Shown here piece after piece: positions 1 through 22,400 of a stretch of DNA of 64,000 nucleotides. The stretch is from Macrostomum lignano. Its lineage: Eukaryota. The stretch is taken from positions 62,001 through 126,000 of the forward strand of contig NIVC01001743.1 of the NCBI GenBank assembly GCA_002269645.1. Reading direction: 5' to 3'. Within the stretch, counting starts at the first letter, position 1. Each line of letters opens with the position of its first letter. The position numbers were made by a program, and so were the translations under genes. Below the pieces are notes generated by a model. The model did no database searches and was not told the origin of the DNA. It saw only the letters and a list, made by a program, of their open reading frames with translations.

Positions 1-719
1 AATTGGTTTTTCAAAAAATCTACCATTCTGGAAAAGGGCATTATGCGATATATGCGTCTACATGTAGTTTGAGCTTGGGTTCAAATCAGTTGCAACAAGT
101 GTTGTCCTATTATGCAACTTTTCGGATCTATTGCAATCGATTTCAAGCAAGTCCAGAGCGGTATTTTCGTTATTAAATTTATTACGCTTCTTCAGAAAAA
201 AAGTCTTATATAACAGTCTGACTTTTCAGCTTTGCCTCTTCTATTACCAAGCTTGGATAGCCTAAAATAAAACAACTCGCTTTATAATTAAAATCACCTG
301 TTTGGTAGTTGTCAATTTTGTAACGATTTTTGTCCGTAATTTTTGCCGTAAAAATAAATGTTAAAACAAATTATCACAAACGCAAACAGACAATTTAACA
401 CGAGACGTAAAAACCTTACAAGGTATCTTTGAAAAATTAATATCTGAAATTTCTTTATGCAATAAGACTTATTGACAAACCTAATGATAATTAATTATAC
501 ACGATATTTCGAAGCTGGTTTCATTTCCAATTTCTCTTTTTTGTAAATATTTTAATAGAACCGTCTCAGCTAATTGTAATTGTTTTATGTTAAAGTAATT
601 TAAATCTAAAAATATCATTAGGAATGAAAGTGTGATTAAAAAAGAATTAGTCTTTATGCATGTTTTCCCTAATATTTTGTCAGTAAAGAAGGCTTAATGT
701 ACCATTTTTCAGATTTAAA

Positions 720-10652
<9,933 letters not shown>

Positions 10653-12519
10653 CTTTTGTCGCTTCAGCCTGACGACAATCATAAGAAATCAATTTTATGC
10701 CCCCGGCGGGCAATTTCGATTCCAATTGAGTCAATTTATCCTGCCAAGAGATCAAGGAATGCGATGACAGACCGATCTAATAATTAAAATAGTAACCGCT
10801 AGAATTTTGTTTTACTCTGTTTTAATCCACTGTTAGTAGCTGAAATCCCGCATCTTTTTCATGCACTTTTGTCCAATGTCACTGAATGTGACTGTTCTGT
10901 CGTTAAAGTTCACGCATTGAAGGTCACACGTCGTGCTTTGTACAAAATGAGCGTTTAAACTGCACAATTTTTTCTTGAGTCCTAATCGATACATTTCCTT
11001 TATTAATATTGTACTATACCACTTGTTGCAGCTTATATCAGTAGTGCAATATTTTCGCGCCTGATACGAAATATTTTCTTATGTATGCATTGCATTGTGT
11101 CGAGCTTATTTTTTAGCTGATAGAACAAAGCTATTTAACGAATAAAACTACGCTTCATAAGCTTCGTTTAGGGTTTAGGCCCAGGGCAATAAAAAGCTGA
11201 GCTTTCAGTTTGGTTCACTTAACCCTCTCTAAAATGTACATGCTTTCAGTTAGCCTTTCCGTTAGTCAACTTCTTTCCCTCTCTCTCCTGAATGTACATT
11301 GCAGCCCACCCCCTGATCCCCTGAGCTGGCTGTACATAACCTATCGGTGTGTTTATCTCAACCCTTTAAATCTCTTATCTTAACTTCCACCCTCAGTCCC
11401 CAATATTAATGAACCTTCTATATTTAGAAACCGGCACAAGCGTTCGCCAATTTGATGAACCATCGCCTACTAATTAAATTAGGTAATTTACTTATTCGTA
11501 AAATAATTCACGCTCTCAATTTTATTATGCAGTTAACGAAACTACAAATATAAGCTAGACATATTTGGCTATTACTACTACTACCAATAGTGATGAATAA
11601 GAACTCAAATAGCTACATTTAGTCAGACATTTTTTTCACATACGAGTCCTATCAACCAACTGCTAGTCCTAAATATCTGGATTCGATATCCATTAATATT
11701 TTTCGCTTTATAGTAGCAACAGCAGCCCTACTTCTTGAGCAGCTTAAACTATCTCTTGATTCTGTATTATTCATTAGCACTTTCGGTTGACTATTTCCTC
11801 TCGAATTTTTCGGGGGTTGTTAGTCACAATTTTCATAACCATATAAAACACTTTAATTTTTTAATTTGCCAGAATATGGTTGTTAACGCTTTTTACATTA
11901 TGCTGCATATTTTTGTTAGAGTCAGATAAAATGTTGATCGAAATTGATTTGTACGCTGCGAAATAGTATTCTGTCTATTTTTACTACACATTAATATACT
12001 TTCCTTTTATTGACAAATTATTCTATAAATCGCGTTTATAATTTATATCTTTCTCTGTCCATTTCTATTTGATTGAGTCAGTGCATGGCGCGTCTGCAAT
12101 TTTTTTGGTCAAAACTTTTTATTTCTATCTCTTATTTCTAGCTCTTGGTCTCATTTTCAAGCTTTGTTCGAACTGACTGTGTTTAACTGCACCAATCTCT
12201 GTCGATAATTTTCGGTTTTTTTATCAGCGGCGACTTTTTTCCTGTGAAAATTTGCGGGTTTTTCCTTATTATATTCATTTATTTATTCGCTAACAGATTC
12301 CAAAAGCATCTAGATAAAACAAACAATTCGATTTTCTAAATACAAAAAGAGATATTTATTTAATAGCTAAAGAAATAATACAGACTGCCTGACTGTAACT
12401 TGTGTGGAAAGTGTATTGTGTCTTTGATCTATTAGCGCTGAATATCCCCTATTTTGAAAGCTTTCTTTATTGGCTTGGTAAATTTTAACTCGACCAAAAA
12501 ATACCTGTTTAAGTCAAAT

Positions 12520-12940
12520 CCCTGGGATCCCGGTGCACCAACCCTCATGGGTTCTAATCCCCTGGGATCCCGGTGCTCCGACCCTGGTGCTCTAATCCTG
12601 GGATCCCGGTGCACCAACCCTCATGGGTTCTAATCCCTGGGATCCCGGTGCTCCGAACCTGGTGCTCTAATCCTGGGATCCCGGTGCTCCGAACCTGGTG
12701 CTCTAATCCTGGGATCCCGGTGCTCCGAACCTGGTGCTCTAATCCTGGGATCCCGGTGCTCCGAACCTGGTGCTCTAATCCTGGGATCCCGGTGCTCCGA
12801 ACCTGGTGCTCTAATCCTGGGATCCCGGTGCTCCGAACCTGGTGCTCTAATCCTGGGATCCCGGTGCTCCAAACCCTCATGGGTTCTAATCCCCTGGGAT
12901 CCCAGTGCTCCGACCCTGATGCTCTAATCCTGGGATCCCG
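12520..12940 (+). repeat. 36/40-bp minisatellite array, left copy
   Basis: Units CTGGGATCCCGGTGCTCCGAACCTGGTGCTCTAATC and CTGGGATCCCGGTGCACCAACCCTCATGGGTTCTAATCCC. Confidence 0.95.
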
Positions 12941-12984
12941 GTATTACGGTTTAGAAACTCCGGGGCTCTGGTCGGTTTTGGGTC

Positions 12985-13255
12985 GCCGATCCGGAGACTG
13001 CAAACGGGCTGGGATCTCCGACCGGAGATCTTAAAGGGTTTAGGATCTCCTTCGGAGAATACAAACGGTTAGGGATCTCCACGATCAGAGATCCCTAACC
13101 GTTGTGGGATCTCCGGAGCATGGTCAGGTCTCCCTATCCGGAGATCCAAAACCAGATTCTGTTATCCCCTCGGAGATTCTACACCGTTTGCCGATCTCCG
13201 TCACGAGTGCAAAAACTAAGGTTTGGTTTAGGATCTCCGGTTACCGATCTCCCCA
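12985..13255. repeat. array of spaced inverted repeats GGAGATC-N13/14-GATCTCC
   Basis: Clear pairs at 12993/13013, 13024/13044, 13054/13074, 13087/13108 and 13172/13193, plus degenerate ones. The centres differ between units. Confidence 0.8.
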
Positions 13256-13545
13256 TTTTTATAAAGTCCGAAATCGTAATCGTGCAACGAGTGTTGCTGT
13301 AGTTTCCTTCTCTTAACCGTTTAACAATTTTCATCGAAGCATAAAAGGTAGTAAAAATCGCTAACAATGTCAGTCATTTTTTCCATTTCAAGACATTTTA
13401 CATTCCGTAAGATCGTAGTTTAACGTTTCACTGTAGCCAGTATATTTTGCAGCTGTCATGCACCATACCAGGGCAAAAACATGAGCTAGAAACCTTTGAT
13501 AAATACTCGTACGAGTGCCGTCAGTTCAGAATCCCGCATGCGATT

Positions 13546-15066
13546 CTAATGAAAAACTGGAGATTCGCTCAACCATTGTACTTGTAGAAAGCACTTCTTG
13601 AGATGCCAGCCATTGACACGTCTAGTGAGTCCTCCTAATCGATATACGTTGCGACCGAGGCACCTCGTCACGATGTAGACCTGCTGACTCCAGGTGTATC
13701 GCATCTTGCCACCCTTCCGATCATCCCTCCGCAGATTTCGAAGCCGAACTCTGTCTCCTTGCTTTAGCTCTTGAGCTCCAGCAGCCGAAACCAAGTGACG
13801 CTGTCGCATCCAAGGTCCTTGGTCGCATCTTTTCTTGAGCGATCTTGATTCTACGCGCAATTAGTTTTCGCGCTGCGGCTCGCTTCTTGTCCTTGTTGGC
13901 AAGCAATCGCCTGTTGATTTCCATCGGCTCCGGAACCGAAGCCAGTGCTGCGGCATGATCGCCTAGCAATGGCTCAAAGCCAAAGGCGGCTCTAAAGATA
14001 AATGGAGGCATATGAACTAACATTGTCTGCTACAGTATAGAAATATGCTTTATAAAATATACTTGATTCTCTATAAACTTTATTACTTTCATATTTTACC
14101 TGCACGGCGAGAAGCCTGTCACCGAATGTCGGCGGCTGTTATATGCGAGTTGAACATCATTCAGCATGGAATCCCAGTTAGTTGGTTCCTCAGAATCACA
14201 CCGCTTTCTCAGTAGATTAATGCACGTTTGGTTGAGGCGCTCAGTCTGACCGTTTGTCTGGAGAAAATTAGTGATCTACTCGTACTTAAAAAATGATGCA
14301 CCACTACTACATAATATCAGAAGCATAAAACATTACTGTTAAGGTTACCTGTGGGTGGTAAGCACTGGTCACTCTTCTTTGCGTTCCTCCCGACTGCAGC
14401 AGGGCGTCCAAGACAGAGTTGCAAAACTCGCGTCCTTGATCGCTGAGAATGACCAATGGCCAGCCAAAAAGCGCGAAGATGCTCTTTAACTCTGCTGCGA
14501 TAGTCAGCGCTTTGATGTTCGGCAACGCCCGAAAAATGGCAAATTTTGTAAACTTGCAGCATACCGTTTGGTGTGGTAGTCGGCATTGTGATGCAGTCCA
14601 TGCACAAAAAGCCGAAGAGGCGCTCTGCATTCCTGGGAACTTCAATGGGATGCAGCTCCTTCTGCGCTGAAGAAAACTTCTTGTTGACCATTTCGCACCT
14701 CGCACACGCCTGAACCACAGCTTTGGCAATCGGTGTTACAGGTATATCGGCATAGTACCTTACCGTGAAAAGACTCACGGTGCTGTTCACGCCAACATGG
14801 CTCCCTTGAGAATGAAGGCTCAAAACCTTTTCTTGCACTTCTTGCTCGGTAAACAGCACCTTGCGTCTGTCTTCGGGCCGCATGCGCTTACTGCCATCTT
14901 TATTTTTCACCATGTAATACAATGCTCAATCGTGAATGCTAAAATTTCTGCTCTTTTCCCTGATGCGCCTCTTCAAATTGCTTTTCTCTCTCGAGTTCAA
15001 GTCAACAGGAATTTGTGCGTAGTCATTGTTCAGTACATAAAAGAATATTTGATTCAAAGTAGCCAT
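13546..15066 (-). pseudogene. Ginger1/GIN1-like Gypsy-type integrase/transposase gene with 2 introns, inactivated
   Basis: ATG at 15066 (MATLNQIFFY..KRRIREKSRNFSIHD*ALYY), HHCC finger (HSQGSH..CARC), DDE core (MDCI, SDQGREF, SAYHPQ|TNGQTERLNQ), NWDSMLNDVQLAYNS..TGFSPC|RAAFGFEP and a C-terminal GDRVRLRN..KMRYTW SH3-like module. GT-AG introns at 14258-14348 and 13992-14099 restore the frame. Lesions are an in-frame TGA near 14930, a frameshift near 14560 and a 19-bp insertion at 13803-13829. No gag, RT or RNase H is adjacent. Confidence 0.85.
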
Positions 15067-15514
15067 TTGACAAGTAGAAAGTAAAGATAACCGCAAACAG
15101 ACAATTACTCACAATAAGTTTTATTTCACTGCTTATATATGACAATCAAATCCCTCGACAAATGCACAGAGACGAAAAATGATGCGCAAGTCTGGCCAAC
15201 CCTAAATTTAGCCCTCACAGGGCATGCAAATGTACGATGTACTAGATGGATCAACTCATCTAAAAAGTTGCGCAAGCTATAGGCTGCTCACGAGCTGGGC
15301 GTTCTAGAATCAGAGAAATGTAATTTATCTCTTATCTTCCAATTTTCTAAGATAATAATACTCCGGAGAGTCTAGCATGGCGGCGATCTGTAACCTTATC
15401 TTATGTCATGGTTCCTGATATCCATCCGTGAGGGCGATTGTAAAATCGCGTAATTTTTTTGGTTGGATCGCCGAGCCGGAGATCCTTAACTCCGGAGAGC
15501 AGAAACCCTAACAC

Positions 15515-15990
15515 CGGTGCTCCAACCCTCATGGGTTCTAATCCCCTGGGATCCCGGTGCTCCGACTATGGTGCTCTAATCCTGGGATCCCGGTGCACCA
15601 ACCCTCATGGGTTCTAATCCCCTGGGATCCCGGTGCTCCGACTATGGTGCTCTAATCCTGGGATCCCGGTGCACCAACCCTCATGGGTTCTAATCCCCTG
15701 GGATCCCGGTGCTCCGAACCTGGTGCTCTAATCCTGGGATCCCGGTGCTCCAAACCCTCATGGGTTCTAATCCCTGGGATCCCGGTGCTCCGACTATGGT
15801 GCTCTAATCCTGGGATCCCGGTGCACCAACCCTCATGGGTTCTAATCCCCTGGGATCCCGGTGCTCCGACCCTGGTGCTCTAATCCTGGGATCCCAGTTC
15901 TCTGACCCTGGTTCTGTAATGCCTGGGATTCCGGTGCTCTGTTTCAACCCTTGTGCTCTAATCCCCAGGGATCCCAGCGCTCCGACCTTA
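15515..15990 (+). repeat. 36/40-bp minisatellite array, right copy (same family and orientation as 12520-12940)
   Basis: Same two unit types, decaying after about 15900. Confidence 0.95.
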
Positions 15991-16497
15991 GCGCCTAGTG
16001 CTCCAAATTTACATGTATACCGCGATTTTATCCGTTCCCTGCTGTGCTCCAGTCCCGGTTTCTCAATCCCCGGTGCATGCGATACCTGTGCAGTACATGT
16101 AGTCCCGTTTCTTAAACTTAGAGCTCAATTTTCCTTGACACAATTGTCTCGAATTCTCGATCAGAATACTCTATCAAGTAAAAATCCTGCCTAAAGTGAC
16201 TTTTGCATCAAAACTTTTTGTGTTGCGACCGGAATTCCGCGCCGGAAGAGAAAGCATTTCAAGTAGTCTCTAAAAATGATTTTACATGTACGTAAATTCA
16301 AATATCTGACGAAATTTTCCGGATTTTTAAAAAAGGCTAATAACGACTGCGCGCGCCAGTTCAAATTCTGGTGTGGTAATAAAGTGATAATAATTAAGTG
16401 TGGTACGCGAATTGGTGCAAGGTCTCGAATGAATGCTTAATTAGATAGCTCCATTGTATCTTAAAGACGCAGCTAATTAACTTAGACAGTTTCAATT

Positions 16498-19400
16498 ATG
16501 AGACCTGGTCACATGAGCAGCAATGCTGAGCAGCAGAAACGAACGAACCCAGCAGACGATGCAGCCGCAGCAGAGGTTGGTCGAGTCGCTCGAATCAGGC
16601 AGATGTTTCAGGCCGCTTCCGCTGCGGAATCTCATCGCCAGTCCAATTTGAAATCGACCAACAATTCTAGGCTGACAGCCTCATCGTCCGGGATGCTGCA
16701 GGGTCAGGGAGTCAGACAGCAGCAGCAGCAGCAGAAGCAGAAGCCATCGAGTGCCGAATTTCTCAAAGTTCGCTTGAGACGAACGCCAAATGTGGCTGCC
16801 ACTGGACGAGAGAAGCCTCAGGTGCAAATCCGATCCATGCTGGCCAATAGGTGAGGGAGTAACTTAATTACTATGCAGAGTGAGAGAGTCGAATTGAGAT
16901 TTTGAGTGAGATGAGAAGGGTGGGATAGAGAGTGAGATAGAGAGTGAGATGGAGGGTGTGATGGAGAGTGAGATGAACAGGGAGATGGAGAGTAAGACGG
17001 TCGAGGGTGAGATGGAGGGTGAGATAGAGAGCAAGGTGAATAGTGGTAGAGGGTGAGATGGAGAGTGAGATGGAAGGTGAAATGGAGAGTGAAATGAACA
17101 GGGAGATGAACAGTGAGATGGAGAGCGAGACGGTCGAGGGTGAGATGAAGGTTGAAATGGAAAGTGAGATAAGCAGTGAGACGGAGGGTAAGATGGAGAG
17201 TGAGATAGAGAGTTAAATGAACAATGAGATGGAGAGTGAAATGGACAATGAGATAGAGAGTGAGATAGAGAGTGAGATGGAGAGTAAGACGAAATAAGGG
17301 ATCATTAAGTGAGTCTGCTCGGCAGAAAAAGCTACACTCATATTCGACCGGAAGAGGTCATATCAAAACCAGTTACTTTGGCTTAAAAGCTACGCAAGCT
17401 CAGCTGAGCCCAATCGGCAGCCCAAACCGCGTAATTCCTCCTTGGCTACTCAAAGGCCTCGCGCATGTATTGGAGTTTGCAGTACAGCGCGCAGGGGGGT
17501 TGTAAAAAACAGATTTTGCATTTCTCCAAGTATAAGCTGCATGGATGCGCACAGGGGACAGCATTGGAGCGGCCGGTATGCTAAATATAAATAATGCACG
17601 TTACTTCGGCCAGAAAGTATAAATTATATATTACTGTAGGCGCTCAATATTGAGGCCAGGAAAGAGAGTTAACTAACCGTGTGAATAAAAGCCTACTGCG
17701 GGAGTTTGAAATTGTGTTTCTAAGTGAATTAGTTTTCGACCTTGGAAAGGCAGGATATTGGAACTTACTGAGAACAATGGCCTGTGCAGCACCAGGGCTA
17801 AAGGGAAAGGAAAGTTTATATAATTAACACTACATTTACTAAAAGATGCTCTTAGAATTTACATGCAGTACATGCTACTCGTTAGTACAGGTAAAGAAAA
17901 TCGCACACGACTATATTTCTCTGGATCAATTTATAATATTGCGCTACAAAAATTCGTTTATAATATTTTTTCTTAATTTACCGATAACCGCTCTCTTAAT
18001 ACTCTGATAATCTCCTTCTAAATCTACCGAAAATTAATCGCCCTCTTAATCCACCGATAATCTCCTAAACCCACCGACAATCTCTTTGTAAGTCCACCGA
18101 TAATCTATTTGTAAATCCACCGTCGCCCTCTTAATCCACCGATAATCTCCTAAACCACCGACAATCTCTTTGTAAGTCCGCCGATAATCTCTATGTAAAT
18201 CCGCCGATAATCTCTTTGTAAATCAACCGATAGTCTCATTGCAAATCCACCGATAATTGCCGTATAATTGCCTTATTGCCTTAATCCACCGATCATCTCC
18301 TTGTAAATCCAACAATAATCTCCTTGTAAATTTACTGATAATCTCCTCGTAGATCCACCGATAATCTCCTTGTAAATCCACCGATCATCTCCTTGTAAAT
18401 CCACTGATAATCGCCTTCAAAGGTTTTCTTCAAACCTTTACCTTTTAATCTTTTTTTAAAAATAGTCGCTTTTTCGCACATGCACTACTTAAATAGCAGA
18501 CAATCAGTAGCATAGAAAGAATATCCAGCTAAATATTAGTACTGAAGCCGCGCCCGCACCCACTATTGCAGCGACGCCACCGCAGCCTCCAGTAGCGAGG
18601 ACGAATCCGCGGCAGCCTCCGTCCTCGGTGTTGTCGCAGAACTCGAACGTCGAGCGAATCGGCTGCGTCAGCTGACGATAGAGCTGCCGCGATGGCCGGC
18701 CGACGGTCTCGGAGTCGGACTGGCGGGCGTCGGCCTGACGGCAACCGGAAGCGGCGGCGGCGGCGGCGGCAGCGAGCGGATTGGCGTCTACGTGAAGTCG
18801 CTGACGCCAGGCGGCTGGGCTGAGCGGGACGGCCGCATCCGACTGGGTGACCAGGTGAGTCACAGCTGAGCAGGACTGATGGCGCACAATTTAACTCTCC
18901 TGTTGCAGTTTAAGCTCCCCCTGTTCCAATTTAAGCTCCCTCTGTTGCAATTTAAGCTCCCTCTGTCGCAATTTAAGCTTCCTCTGTTGCAATTTAAGCT
19001 CCCTCTGTTGCAATTTAAGCTCCCTCTGTTGCAATTTAAGCTCCCTCTGTTGCAAATTAAGCTTCCTCTGTTGCAATTTAAGCTTCCTCTGTTGCAATTT
19101 AAGCTTCCTCTGTTGCAAGTGAAGCGCCCCTGTTGCAAGTTAAGCTCCTCTGTTGCAATTTAAGCGCTCCTGTTGCAAGTGAAGCGCCCCTGTTGCAATT
19201 TAAGCGCTCCTGTTGCAAGTTAAGCGCCCCTGTTGCAAGTGAAGCGCTCCTGTTGCAAGTGAAGCGCCCCTGTTGCAAGTTAAGCGCCCCTGTTGCAAGT
19301 TAAGCGCCCCTGTTGCAAGTGAAGCGCCCCTGTTGCAAGTGAAGCGCCCCTGTTGCAAGTAAAGCGCCCCTGTTGCAAGTGAAGCGCCCCTGTTGCAAGT

Positions 19401-22400
19401 AAAGCGCCCTGTTGCAAGTGAAGCGCCCCTGATTACAAGAGCTCTTAGGACAAAAACTGCGCACCCGGAGCCTCATCTGCATGCAAATTCCAAAGCCGAG
19501 TGGTCAAACCAAATTCAAATGTCAAGTAGCAAGCCTACAACACAACGTCTGCGCAAATAGTGCCCCTCTCCACTCACCCGAATTTTCTTTTGCTAATTAA
19601 ATAAAAGACCAATTACGCTCGTAGAGATTTGGTGCAATTTGTCTGCCAATAAAACAGTTAAATCCATTCCGCCTTTGAAATTGTGTCTCTATGCAGTGCT
19701 GGCACCTTGAGAACTTGTCCAAATTTCTTTTATGCAACCTCAGATTCTGGAAATCAACAATCGGCGTCTGGTGGCGGTGACGCCGGCGGTTGCTACGGAG
19801 ATTCTGCAGCAGTGCGGCCGAGGGGCCGGTCACGTGACTATCAGACTGGGCCGGCGGGCGGAGGCCAGCGGATTCGATGGTGGCAGCTGCGGCGAACAGG
19901 TTGATGGAGAGGATACGGTACAGCGGCTGCTGAGGGCTGCGACTGCCGCGCCGGGGTCTGGGTGAGTGATGGGGAGTGATTCTGGCTCATAGGGAGTGAT
20001 TTTGGATTATGGGGAGTGCTTTTGGCTCATGGGAGTGACTTTAGCTCATGGGGAGTGATTTTGGCTCATGGAGAGTGATTTTGGCTCATGGGAGTGACTT
20101 TGGCTCATGGGAGTGACTTTGGCTCATGGGGAGTGATTTTGGCTCATAGGGAGTGATTTTGGCTCATGGAGAGTGATTCTGGCTCATAGGGAGTGATTTT
20201 GGATTATGGGGAGTGCTTTTGGCTCATGGGAGTGACTTTGGCTCATGGGGAGTGATTTTGGCTCATGGGGAGTGATTTTGGTTCATTGGGAATGATTTTG
20301 GTTCATTGGGAATGATTTTGGCTCATGAGGAGTGATTTTGGTTCATTGGGAGTGATTTTGGTTCATGGGGAGTGATTTTGGTTCATGGGGAGTGATTTTG
20401 GTTCATGGGGAGTGATTTTGGTTCATGGGGAGTGATTTTGGTTCATGGGGAGTGATTTTGGTTCATGGGGAGTGATTTTGGTTCATGGGGAATGATTTTG
20501 GCTCATGGAGAGTGATTTTGGTTCATGGGGAATGATTTTGGTTCATTGGGAATGATTTTGGTTCATGGGGAGTGATTTTGGTTCATGGGGAATGATTTGG
20601 TTCATGGGGAATGATTTTGGTTCATGGGGAATGATTTTGGTTCATGGGGAATGATTTTGGTTCATGAGGAGTGATTTTGGTTCATGGGGAATGATTTTGG
20701 TTCATGGGGAATGATTTTGGTTCATGAGGAGTGATTTTGGTTCATGGGGAATGATTTTGGTTCATGGGGAATGATTTTGGTTCATGGGGAGTGATTTTGG
20801 TTCATTGGGAGTGATTTTGGTTCATGAGGAGTGATTTTGGTTCATGGGGAATGATTTTGGTTCATGGGGAATGATTTTGGTTCATTGGGAATGATTTTGG
20901 TTCATGGGGAGTGATTTTGGTTCATGGGGAATGATTTGGTTCATGGGGAATGATTTTGGTTCATGGGGAATGATTTTGGTTCATGGGGAGTGATTTTGGT
21001 TCATGGGGAGTGATTTTGGTTCATGGGGAGTGATTTTGGTTCATGAGGAGTGATTTTGGTTCATGGGGAGTGATTTTGGTTCATGAGGAGTGATTTTGGT
21101 TCATGGGAGTGATTTTGGTTCATTGGGAGTGATTTTGGTTCATGAGGAGTGATTTTGGTTCATGGGGAGTGATTTTGGTTCATGGGGAGTGATTTTGGTT
21201 CATGGGGAGTGATTTTGGTTCATTGGGAGTGATTTTGGTTCATGGGGAGTGATTTTGGTTCATGGGGAGTGATTTTGGTTCATTGGGAATGATTTTGGCT
21301 CATGAGGAGTGATTTTGGTTCATGGGGAGTGATTTTGGTTCATGAGGAGTGATTTTGGTTCATGGGGAGTGATTTTGGTTCATTGGGAGTGATTTTGGTT
21401 CATGAGGAGTGATTTTGGTTCATGGGGAGTGATTTTGGTTCATTGGGAGTGATTTTGGTTCATGAGGAGTGATTTAGGTTCATGGGGAGTGATTTTGGTT
21501 CATGAGGAGTGATTTTGGTTCATTGGGAGTGATTTTGGTTCATGAGGAGTGATTTTGGTTCATGGGGAGTGATTTTGGTTCATTGGGAATGATTTTGGCT
21601 CATGAGGAGTGATTTTGGTTCATGGGGAGTGATTTTGGTTCATGAGGAGTGATTTTGGTTCATTGGGAGTGATTTTGGTTCATGAGGAGTGATTTTGGTT
21701 CATGGGGAGTGATTTTGGTTCATTGGGAATGATTTTGGCTCATGAGGAGTGATTTTGGTTCATGGGGAGTGATTTTGGTTCATTGGGAGTTATTTTGGTT
21801 CATGAGGAGTGATTTTGGTTCATGGGGAGTGATTTTGGTTCATTGGGAATGATTTTGGCTCATGAGGAGTGATTTTGGTTCATTGGGAGTGATTTTGGTT
21901 CATGGGGAGTGATTTTGGTTCATTGGGAGTGATTTTGGTTCATGAGGAGTGATTTTGGTTCATGAGGAGTGATTTTGGTTCATGGGGAATGATTTTGGTT
22001 CATGGGGAATGATTTTGGTTCATTGGGAATGATTTTGGTTCATGGGGAGTGATTTTGGTTCATGGGGAATGATTTGGTTCATGGGGAATGATTTTGGTTC
22101 ATGGGGAATGATTTTGGTTCATGGGGAATGATTTGGTTCATGGGGAGTGATTTTGGTTCATGGGGAGTGATTTTGGTTCATGGGGAGTGATTTTGGTTCA
22201 TGGGGAGTGATTTTGGCTCATGGGGAGTGATTTTGGTTCATGAGGAGTGATTTTGGTTCATGGGGAGTGATTTTGGTTCATGAGGAGTGATTTTGGTTCA
22301 TGGGGAGTGATTTTGGTTCATGGGGAGTGATTTTGGTTCATGAGGAGTGATTTTGGTTCATGGGGAGTGATTTTGGTTCATGGGGAGTGATTTTGGTTCA

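Noticed and set aside
12985-13255. CRISPR or integron attC interpretation of the inverted-repeat array
   Set aside because: The variable parts are only 13-14 nt and lie inside the palindromes, there are no cas or intI genes, and no cassette ORFs are present.
13546-15066. Full LTR retrotransposon
   Set aside because: No LTRs, gag, RT or RNase H, and it has introns and its own ATG.
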